Shown here piece by piece: positions 18,032 to 25,762 of a DNA stretch of 64,000 nt. The translations under genes were made by a program, and so were the position numbers. The stretch is taken from assembly GCA_036514715.1 (NCBI GenBank), contig DATBWR010000004.1, positions 9,147 through 73,146 on the forward strand, written 5' to 3'. The DNA is from Candidatus Nanoarchaeia archaeon (lineage in GTDB: Bacteria > Patescibacteriota > Microgenomatia > Woykebacterales > RBG-16-39-9b). The number at the start of each line of letters is the position of its first letter. Positions within the stretch are counted from its first letter, which is position 1. Under the pieces are notes generated by a model. The model searched no databases. It worked only from the letters and a program-made list of their open reading frames with translations, and had not been told where the DNA came from.

Positions 18032-18523
18032 ATGAATCAAATTGTCAAAATCGGTTTAGGGTTGGCAATAGCAATTATTTTTCCGTTGATGGTTGGTTTG
18101 GGGGTGGAAGCTTTTTATCCCAGTCCGAAGAGTCAGTACGAAAAATGTCGCTATCCAGTGGTAGAAGCGGCGGCAGCTGGTACTGTTAGTGAAAAATCAC
18201 CAATTTATCCGGAAGACGACCCAACTTACAAAAAATGTATTGATGATCAGGAAAAAATCGTTAACACTTACAACCGTAACGCTTTTGTAGTTATTACTAT
18301 TCTCGGCTTTGTGGCGATTGCAGTTGGGGCACTCTTCTTTAATGAGTCGCTGGGTCCGGTTGCCCCTGGGTTAGTCTTCGGCGGACTTTTCACCATTCTT
18401 TATGGTGCGGGCAGAGGCTTTACTGCTGTTGATAAACGCTGGTTATTCGCGGAGTTGGTAGTTTTGCTGGTCGGTTTAATTCTTGTGACGCGGCGCTTCT
18501 TAATGACGCAAGCTAAAAAATGA
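18032..18523 (+). CDS. Hypothetical membrane protein
   Basis: About four TM helices; own TATAAT just upstream. Confidence 0.75.
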   Translation: MNQIVKIGLGLAIAIIFPLMVGLGVEAFYPSPKSQYEKCRYPVVEAAAAGTVSEKSPIYPEDDPTYKKCIDDQEKIVNTYNRNAFVVITILGFVAIAVGALFFNESLGPVAPGLVFGGLFTILYGAGRGFTAVDKRWLFAELVVLLVGLILVTRRFLMTQAKK

Positions 18524-18561
18524 ACCGCTATGCGTTTCGTTTCTCGCTAAAATGAGTAGAT

Positions 18562-19539
18562 ATGAGCTTTTTAAACCCTAGACTTTTTGACAAAGAGGTT
18601 GAACAAGCTGGAACCAGGGATGGTTATGGCAAGGCATTGCTCGAACTTGGGGAGTCCAATAAAAACGTCTTGGTCTTAACTGCCGATTTGGCCGAGTCAA
18701 CTCGAGTCGAAGAGTTTGGGAAAAAGTTTCCTGACCGATTTATTGAATGCGGAGTGGCCGAACAAAATATGATGGGAATTGCCGCCGGACTTGCCCTAAG
18801 TGGAAAAATTCCCTTTGTCAGTTCCTACGCGGTCTTTTCTCCGGGGCGAAGTTGGGATCAATTTCGGGTGAGTGTCTGTTATACCGAAGCGAATGTTAAA
18901 GTTGCCGGTGCCCACTCTGGTATTTCCGTGGGTCCAGATGGTGCTACCCACCAAGCCTTGGAAGATATTGCTATGACGCGAGTTTTGCCCAATCTGGTGG
19001 TGGAAGTTCCCTGCGATGCCCAAGAAGCACGTAAAACTACTCTTGCCGCAGCAGCTCATAAAGGCCCTTTTTATTTTCGCTTTGGTCGGGAGAAAACGCC
19101 GATTATTACCACAGAAGAGGCGCCTTTCGAGGTCGGCAAAGCCGAAGTTTTTAAAGATGGAGATGATGTGACAATTGTTGCTTGTGGACCGCTTGTTTAC
19201 CAAGCGCTCCTTGCGGCCGAGCATTTGGAGAAAAAAGGAGTTAACCCTCGAGTAATCAATAATCATACAATTAAACCAATCGATACTCTCACTTTGGCAA
19301 AAGCAGCCAAAGAAACCGGCGCTATAGTCACCGTTGAAGAGCACCAAGTGATGGGTGGAATGGGTAGTGCAGTGGCCGAAGCTTTAGCTAAGAACTACCC
19401 AGTGCCTATAGAATTTATCGGTATGCAGGATACTTTTGGTGAAAGCGGCAAACCAAATGAACTTTATGAAAAATACGGCATGAGTCCTGACGCGATAATC
19501 GCCGCGGTTAACACCGTTTTAAAAAGAAAGAACAACTAA
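18562..19539 (+). CDS. Transketolase C-terminal subunit
   Basis: TRDGYG, GVAEQNM, GPDGATHQ, TIKPID, EEHQ..GG.GS. Confidence 0.95.
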   Translation: MSFLNPRLFDKEVEQAGTRDGYGKALLELGESNKNVLVLTADLAESTRVEEFGKKFPDRFIECGVAEQNMMGIAAGLALSGKIPFVSSYAVFSPGRSWDQFRVSVCYTEANVKVAGAHSGISVGPDGATHQALEDIAMTRVLPNLVVEVPCDAQEARKTTLAAAAHKGPFYFRFGREKTPIITTEEAPFEVGKAEVFKDGDDVTIVACGPLVYQALLAAEHLEKKGVNPRVINNHTIKPIDTLTLAKAAKETGAIVTVEEHQVMGGMGSAVAEALAKNYPVPIEFIGMQDTFGESGKPNELYEKYGMSPDAIIAAVNTVLKRKNN

Positions 19540-19877
19540 TGTTACAAAAAACTCTTGCAGTACTTTATTTAATCTTAGTGGTGGTAACAATAACCTACTC
19601 ATCAGGTGACCTTTTGCTAATTGCGGGTGAGGTTTTTGTCCTGCTTATTGCTAGTGCGTTATTGCTGAAACCGTTTAATAAAATACTACTTATACTATTT
19701 CTGGCGTTGACCTCGCTTGATCTTGCTTGGTTTATTTACGAGTTTGGTATTACAAGTTTTTCGGGATGCGAGGGTTCAGGAGACTTTGCCTGTGGGTTGG
19801 GAGTAATTCTCAGTTTACTTTTAGCGCCTGTTCTAGTTTTAACTCTAATAGTGCTTGTTAAACTTTTAAGAAAATGA
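19539..19877 (+). CDS. Small hypothetical membrane protein
   Basis: Hydrophobic ORF coupled to its neighbours by overlapping stop/start. Confidence 0.6.
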   Translation: MLQKTLAVLYLILVVVTITYSSGDLLLIAGEVFVLLIASALLLKPFNKILLILFLALTSLDLAWFIYEFGITSFSGCEGSGDFACGLGVILSLLLAPVLVLTLIVLVKLLRK

Positions 19878-20251
19878 CTTCTAAAATTGTTTTTTGGGTT
19901 CCAAGAATATTAGGAATAGTATCGTTACTGGCCCTTTTGTACTACCAAAGTAGCTTTGATATGACTTTTGGAGTTCTTTTCTTTGACATAATTGCCTTTA
20001 TACCATTACTTTCGCTATCTTTATCTTCAGTAGGTTCTGTTTTGAGAACAGTTATGTTTATATTAGGTTTATTCATTCTTGGTATGTGGTATTTCGTTTA
20101 CCTGCTAGGGGCAGGTTTATCTTCTAGTAATGGGGAACCAAGGCTTACTTATTTTTACCTATACCTAGTAACCTATTTGGTAGCACTAGTTTGGTTACTT
20201 ATTGGGAACCGTAAGAAAGTTACAAATGACACCAAAAGAGTGGTTAGCTAG
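19874..20251 (+). CDS. Small hypothetical membrane protein
   Basis: Hydrophobic, AT-rich ORF with ATGA overlap. Confidence 0.6.
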   Translation: MTSKIVFWVPRILGIVSLLALLYYQSSFDMTFGVLFFDIIAFIPLLSLSLSSVGSVLRTVMFILGLFILGMWYFVYLLGAGLSSSNGEPRLTYFYLYLVTYLVALVWLLIGNRKKVTNDTKRVVS

Positions 20252-21089
20252 AGCTAAAAACGAGGGTTTTGCCATACCTGCCTTAAACGCGGGGACTTTT
20301 GAGACTCTTAAGGGAATTGTTGCGGCCGCTAGCGAGGCAAAATCGCCGGTGATTATTGAAACTTCCACTAACGAAACCAAGTGGATGGAAGCCAAGAATG
20401 TACTGTGCATGTGCCGTAACTTTTCCGAAGAATACGGTGTGCCAGTTTTGGTTAATCTAGACCACGCCTACACTGAGGAAGATTTAAAACCAGGGTTTGA
20501 AGCAGGTTACGACCTAATTCATTTTGATGGCTCCAAACTTCCCTACGAAGAAAACGTGGCTATTGCCAAAAAAGTGGTTGCGGCTGCTCGCGAGCATGGT
20601 CAAATTGTCGAAGGAGAGATGGATAAAATTGTTGGTGAAGGTTCCGAAGTCCATACTACTCAGGTCGACCAAAGTGCAATTGACGCTGGTAAGAGTAAAC
20701 CGGAGACCGCCGCTAAATTTGTTAGCGAAACCGGCGTGGATATTTACGCTTCTTTCTTTGGTAACGTCCACGGCATTTACCCCGGTTATACTCCACACCT
20801 TGATATCGAACTCTTGAAAAAAATCCAAGAGGCCATTCCCAACACCTTTCTTTCGATGCACGGGTCTTCCGGAACTCCGGACGATCAAGTGAAAGCAGCG
20901 GTTGCCACGGGTGTTGTCAAAGTTAACGTTAATACGGAGCTAAGGCTCGCCTATCGTCAGTCTTTAGAAAAAGCGTTAGCTGAACATAAAGAAATCGCTA
21001 TGTACAAGGTTTTTCCGGAAGTTGTCGAAGCAGTCAAAAAAGAAGCTTTAAGGTGGATTGGAATGTGCGGTTCTGGAGGCAAGGTGTAA
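20226..21089 (+). CDS. fba: Class II fructose-bisphosphate aldolase
   Basis: NLDH, FDGS, VEGE, GNVHG, MHG.SG, KVNVNT. Start ATG 20226. Confidence 0.92.
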   Translation: MTPKEWLARAKNEGFAIPALNAGTFETLKGIVAAASEAKSPVIIETSTNETKWMEAKNVLCMCRNFSEEYGVPVLVNLDHAYTEEDLKPGFEAGYDLIHFDGSKLPYEENVAIAKKVVAAAREHGQIVEGEMDKIVGEGSEVHTTQVDQSAIDAGKSKPETAAKFVSETGVDIYASFFGNVHGIYPGYTPHLDIELLKKIQEAIPNTFLSMHGSSGTPDDQVKAAVATGVVKVNVNTELRLAYRQSLEKALAEHKEIAMYKVFPEVVEAVKKEALRWIGMCGSGGKV

Positions 21090-22075
21090 TGTACGACATG
21101 ATTAGCGTGGGTGATGCGACCATTGATACTTTTTTAAAAATTAACGATGCGCATATTTCCTGCAACATTAATAAAGAAAACTGCCAGCTCTGTATAAATT
21201 ACGGAGACAAAATTGCCGTGGAGAGTGTTCAGCATTTAGTAGCTGGGAACGCGGCCAACAACGCGGTCGGATCGGCCCGTTTGGGATTGAAAACGGCTAT
21301 CTACGTTAACGTTGGGTCAGATGAGCCGGGTTTCAAGATCAAAAAGAAGTTAGTCGAAGAAAAAGTTTCTCCTAACTATATCAAAGTTAACGAGGGTATG
21401 GAGTCCAACTACTCAGCCGTAATTAATTTTCAAGGGGAGCGCACGATTTTGGTCTATCACCAAGAGTGGAAGTACGATCTGCCGGAGATGGAACAGGCAA
21501 AATGGGTTTACTACACCAGTGCTGCCCCAAGTTTTGTTAACGGTACCTTTTCTCAGGATTTAGCCGCCTACGTTAAAGAAAACAGGGCTAAAATGGGTTA
21601 CAACCCTGGGACTTATCAAATTAAGGCTGGTGTGAAAAATTTCAAAGACATTTTAGAGGCGACAGAAGTCTTTTTTGTTAACACAGAAGAGGCAGAAAGA
21701 ATTTTGGGGATAGAAGGTAGCGGCAAAGTGGAAATTAAAGACTTATTGAAGAAAACTCGTGACGAGCTTGGTTTGAAGATAGTCGTGATTACTGATGGAC
21801 GTGAGGGTTCTTACAGTTTTGACGGAAACGATTACTGGAAACTACCGGAATATCCAGGCGACAGAATTGAAGCCACTGGAGCAGGCGATGCTTACGCAAC
21901 CGCACTTTGTGCAGCCCTTTTTTACGAAAAACCTTTACCGGAGGCTATGGTTTGGGGTAGTATTAACGGAGCTTTGGTAGTTGGCAAAGTAGGTCCTCAG
22001 GCAGGGTTAGCAACTTTAGAAGTAATGGACCAAAAAATCAAAGCTTTGCTCAACTTTAAGGCAGAAAAATTCTAA
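21089..22075 (+). CDS. PfkB family carbohydrate kinase
   Basis: AGNAANNA...ARLG, EATGAGDAY. Start ATG 21089. Confidence 0.9.
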   Translation: MYDMISVGDATIDTFLKINDAHISCNINKENCQLCINYGDKIAVESVQHLVAGNAANNAVGSARLGLKTAIYVNVGSDEPGFKIKKKLVEEKVSPNYIKVNEGMESNYSAVINFQGERTILVYHQEWKYDLPEMEQAKWVYYTSAAPSFVNGTFSQDLAAYVKENRAKMGYNPGTYQIKAGVKNFKDILEATEVFFVNTEEAERILGIEGSGKVEIKDLLKKTRDELGLKIVVITDGREGSYSFDGNDYWKLPEYPGDRIEATGAGDAYATALCAALFYEKPLPEAMVWGSINGALVVGKVGPQAGLATLEVMDQKIKALLNFKAEKF

Positions 22076-22077
22076 AA

Positions 22078-22326
22078 ATGAACGTAAAAATCTATACCAC
22101 AACCACGTGCCCTTTTTGTCGGATGGAAAAAGAATATCTTGATGCGGCAGGTATAAAATACGAAAATATTTATGTTGACGAAGACCAAGCGGCGGCCCAA
22201 GAACTAATTAATACTTCGCACCAGTTGGGTGTACCTTTTACAGTTGTTACTAAAGACGACGGTTCTAAGGAAAATATTCTGGGTTTCGACAAAACACGTT
22301 TAAAAGAACTTTTTCATCTTTCCTGA
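22078..22326 (+). CDS. Glutaredoxin-like (NrdH-like) protein
   Basis: CPFC, GVP and GFD motifs. Confidence 0.88.
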   Translation: MNVKIYTTTTCPFCRMEKEYLDAAGIKYENIYVDEDQAAAQELINTSHQLGVPFTVVTKDDGSKENILGFDKTRLKELFHLS

Positions 22327-22350
22327 TCCCTGCCCAAGGTAAGTCTAAAC

Positions 22351-23004
22351 ATGGAAAACAACGAGGTTGCTGAGCTTAATAAAAAAGAGCGTAAGGAGTA
22401 TTTAAAAAATCTGCGCGCTGGCCAGTCGGGAAAAGACCGCAAAACCCGTTTGCTTGTTGGTGGTCTGATTGTGACCGGGGTAGTCCTTGCTGGGGCTGGA
22501 CTTTTTTACTTATCTAACTTGAACGCAACCGACAAAATCCCTCCGGTAGGAGAGCTAGTCGATGAAATGCCGGCCCCTAACACCGCGTTACACATTGAAG
22601 TTGGAGCCCAGCACGTTCCCTACAGCACCAACCCACCCACTTCTGGACCACATTACAACGCATCTGGAGCCGGGCCGATTGAGTGTAAGGTTTACGAAGA
22701 TGAGGTGGTGGATGAAGGTGTGATCCACAACTTGGAACATGGCGCAGTCTGGGTAACTTATCAAGATAAGAACGACACTGATCTTGCTGGTAAGTTAAAG
22801 GTGATTGTTGAGGATTACTCAAAAACCGTTCTTTCTCCTCGTTCCAAAAATGACTCCAAAATCGCGCTTGTTGCTTGGCGGCACATTCTGAAACTTGACC
22901 AGTTTGACGAAAAGAAAATTCGCGATTTTATCCGTCTTTACAAAAGCTCCAAAGAAGCTCCGGAGCCCCTTGCGGGTTGTGGAACTGCGGTGCCGGGAAG
23001 GTAA
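22351..23004 (+). CDS. DUF3105-like membrane-anchored protein
   Basis: NPPTSGPH, HNLEHGAVW, LVAW. Confidence 0.8.
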   Translation: MENNEVAELNKKERKEYLKNLRAGQSGKDRKTRLLVGGLIVTGVVLAGAGLFYLSNLNATDKIPPVGELVDEMPAPNTALHIEVGAQHVPYSTNPPTSGPHYNASGAGPIECKVYEDEVVDEGVIHNLEHGAVWVTYQDKNDTDLAGKLKVIVEDYSKTVLSPRSKNDSKIALVAWRHILKLDQFDEKKIRDFIRLYKSSKEAPEPLAGCGTAVPGR

Positions 23005-23008
23005 AAAA

Positions 23009-23533
23009 ATGGCTTTAGAAATCCGCACCAAAGAAAAACTAAAGGAAGTTCTCAGAGACCCATCTGCGCAAGGGCCGGACAATGCTTACTACATGATGCG
23101 CGGTATTCCCAACATCACAATTTGGGAGCCGGGTTTTTACGGGCAGGAGTTTAATAAGACTTACGGACACTATCACCTTCACAACGAGCCGGAGACCTAC
23201 CAAGTTTTATTTGGTGAAGGAATTGGAATTTTGCAGCATCGCAGCGAAAGTGGTGAAGTGTATGAGGTCCGCTTGGTGAAAGTTAAGCAAGGTGATACCG
23301 TTAAGGTTCCGCAGGGTGCTTGGGGTCACGCCTTTGCCAACACCGGTAAAACCTATCTGATTACTTCAGATGACGCCAGGAGCGATGCGTCTCATTCCCA
23401 AAACGACTACCTACCGGTGAAAGAAAAACAGGGTATGGCTTATTACATAGTTACCGAAGGCGGGGAAGTGAAAATTATTCCTAACCCCAATTATAAAAAC
23501 TTGCCAGATCCTAAGTGGGTTGACCCAGATTAA
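23009..23533 (+). CDS. Cupin-type (archaeal-like) glucose-6-phosphate isomerase
   Basis: EFNKTYGHYH, E.YQVL.G.G...LQ, H...NTG, AYY, PNPNY. Confidence 0.82.
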   Translation: MALEIRTKEKLKEVLRDPSAQGPDNAYYMMRGIPNITIWEPGFYGQEFNKTYGHYHLHNEPETYQVLFGEGIGILQHRSESGEVYEVRLVKVKQGDTVKVPQGAWGHAFANTGKTYLITSDDARSDASHSQNDYLPVKEKQGMAYYIVTEGGEVKIIPNPNYKNLPDPKWVDPD

Positions 23534-23970
23534 TGGAAAAAAATCAGTTTGATGCCAGTAACTTTACAATCGATGGAAAAGCCGAGCAGGTGGATAAGCC
23601 CTGGGGTTGGGAAATTCACTGGGCTAAAACTCCCGAATATGTCGGCAAACTGCTGCATATTAAGCAGGGCAAGAGACTCTCTCTCCAGTACCACGATCAG
23701 AAAACAGAATCCGAGTTTTTAATCAAAGGTAAAGTTACCTTGTGGTTGGACAACTTGGAGGGCGAGTATACTCCAGTGGAGATGGAGATTGGCAAAGGTT
23801 ACACGATTGTACCCTTCCAACGGCACCGCTTTGAAGCTCAGGAAGATTCCGAAATAATTGAAGTCTCTACTCCGGAAAAGGGTACTACCTACCGTTTGGA
23901 AGATGATTTTAAACGTCCGGATGAAACCGAAGAGCTTCGAAGTCAGCCTGGGCGTGGTTGGAAACCTTAA
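23533..23970 (+). CDS. Cupin, mannose-6-phosphate isomerase-like
   Basis: KPWG.E, RLSLQYH..K.E, HR, EVST, RLEDD. Confidence 0.8.
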   Translation: MEKNQFDASNFTIDGKAEQVDKPWGWEIHWAKTPEYVGKLLHIKQGKRLSLQYHDQKTESEFLIKGKVTLWLDNLEGEYTPVEMEIGKGYTIVPFQRHRFEAQEDSEIIEVSTPEKGTTYRLEDDFKRPDETEELRSQPGRGWKP

Positions 23971-23994
23971 AACCACTTCATTTCCTAGAATAGT

Positions 23995-24022
23995 AAATAT
24001 ATGAATAGTTATTCATATATTT
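23995..24022. promoter_or_regulatory. Second ArsR/SmtB-type operator, upstream of trxB
   Basis: AAATATATGAATA-GT-TATTCATATATTT; core identical to the 13984 copy. Confidence 0.8.
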
Positions 24023-24035
24023 TGTAATAGCCAAA

Positions 24036-24983
24036 ATGAACGATACTGACGATATTTTTGACACAATTATTGCTGGGTCGGGCCCAGCCGGCCTGACCGC
24101 AGCTATTTATGCTGCCCGTTCCAATTTAAAGACTTTGGTTATTGCCGGGGCTGAGCCAGGCGGGCAGTTGATTTGGACTACTGAGGTCGAAGATTATCCC
24201 GGCTTTCCGGAAGGAATTTTGGGACCAGACTTAATGAAGCTGTTTCGAGAGCAAGCCGAAAGGCTGGGGGCTAAATTTGCCGATGGGCAAGTAAAAGAAG
24301 TCGATCTTAAAGAAAGACCCTTTAAAGTTAAAGTAGGCGACCGCCAGTTTTTGGGCCAAAGCCTAATTATTGCTACTGGTGCTTCGGCAATGTGGCTGGG
24401 ACTGCCTTCTGAACAGCGTTTAAGAGGTCGGGGGGTTTCGGCTTGCGCAGTTTGTGACGGCGCTTTTTTCAAGGGTAAGAACTTAGTGGTTGTTGGTGGT
24501 GGTGACACAGCGCTTAGAGAAGCACTCTTTTTAACCAGGTTTGCACCTAAGGTTTATGTTGTCCACCGCCGTGATAGCTTGCGGGCCTTTAAAGCTTTGC
24601 AGGAAAGAGCCTTTCAAAATCCGCAGATTGAATTTGTCTGGAAAAGCGAGGTCCAAGAGGTTTTGGGTAAAGACACAGTTAACGGTGTCAAAATCAAAAA
24701 TAACCAGACTGGAAAAGAAAAAACCCTTGATGTACAAGGTTTATTTGTGGCGATTGGACACAGACCCAACACGGACTTTCTTAAAGGACATCTAGAACTC
24801 TCCGAAAAAGGTTATATAATGTTAAAAGGAGGGAGTACCACTAGTGTGAAAGGGGTGTTTGCTGCTGGTGATGTGCACGACTGGAAGTATCAGCAGGCAG
24901 TAACCGCGGCCGGAGCCGGCTGCATGGCAGCCCTTGAAGTGGAAGAGTTCCTGGAAGAGCAGAAAGCAGCCAACCAAGCCTAG
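24036..24983 (+). CDS. trxB: Thioredoxin reductase
   Basis: GSGPAG, GGQL, CAVCDG, GGGD, FAAGD. Confidence 0.96.
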   Translation: MNDTDDIFDTIIAGSGPAGLTAAIYAARSNLKTLVIAGAEPGGQLIWTTEVEDYPGFPEGILGPDLMKLFREQAERLGAKFADGQVKEVDLKERPFKVKVGDRQFLGQSLIIATGASAMWLGLPSEQRLRGRGVSACAVCDGAFFKGKNLVVVGGGDTALREALFLTRFAPKVYVVHRRDSLRAFKALQERAFQNPQIEFVWKSEVQEVLGKDTVNGVKIKNNQTGKEKTLDVQGLFVAIGHRPNTDFLKGHLELSEKGYIMLKGGSTTSVKGVFAAGDVHDWKYQQAVTAAGAGCMAALEVEEFLEEQKAANQA

Positions 24984-25028
24984 AAGTGATAGCACTACTA
25001 TCACAACTGAGCAGTGTAAACTAGGGTG

Positions 25029-25082
25029 TTGACAACCCCATATCTTGATGCTAGCATTTATTTAGTACCCAATATCTTGTGC
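25029..25082 (+). promoter_or_regulatory. Promoter with two tandem NrdR boxes
   Basis: TTGACA-N17-TAGCAT (25029-25057); ACCCCATATCTTGATG (25035) and ACCCAATATCTTGTGC (25067), 32 bp apart. Confidence 0.8.
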
Positions 25083-25276
25083 TTTGCAGTTTCCACATGT
25101 GAAACGTCTCGCCAGCATTTTAGGTTAAACGAGACCCCAAAGCCCATCAAACCACAAGTACAAGGTAAAAGGAAAAGTTCTTTATTAATTTTCTAAAAAA
25201 CAGCTTAAGGACAGAAAGCTTTGAAGTTTAAGGCGTAGTTTTTTGCGGCCTTGAAAACGGGATTATATCGACCAAA

Positions 25277-25738
25277 ATGAAATGCCCTTATTGTAGCTAC
25301 TATGACACTTCTGTACTTGACTCGCGTGACAGCGAGGATCTTGGTTCGATCCGCCGCCGGAGAGAGTGTTTAAAGTGTGAAAAACGCTTTACCACTTACG
25401 AGCGGGTTGACATGGTAGATTTAGTTGTCCTGAAAAAAGATGGTCGTAGAGAGCAATTTGACCGCAAAAAATTGATGACTGGGATTTTAAAAGCAACTGA
25501 AAAGAGACCAGTGTCTATGGATCAGATTGAAAAAGCAGTTGACGAAATTGAGAGAGAACTGCGGGGGCGAGACAGTATTGAAATCCCTTCTCAAGATATG
25601 GGCGAGATTGTCATGAAGAAACTTAAAAGTTTGGATGAAGTTGCCTACATCCGTTTTGCGAGTGTCTACCGTTCGTTTGACGACTTGGAAAGTTTCCAAA
25701 AAGAAGTCAAAAGTTTATTAAAAGATAAAGCTAGTTGA
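25277..25738 (+). CDS. nrdR: Transcriptional repressor NrdR
   Basis: MKCPYC, IRRRREC..C..RFTTYE, ATP-cone, AYIRFASVY. Confidence 0.97.
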   Translation: MKCPYCSYYDTSVLDSRDSEDLGSIRRRRECLKCEKRFTTYERVDMVDLVVLKKDGRREQFDRKKLMTGILKATEKRPVSMDQIEKAVDEIERELRGRDSIEIPSQDMGEIVMKKLKSLDEVAYIRFASVYRSFDDLESFQKEVKSLLKDKAS

Positions 25739-25762
25739 GCAATTAAAAGGAGGACCTGCCAC

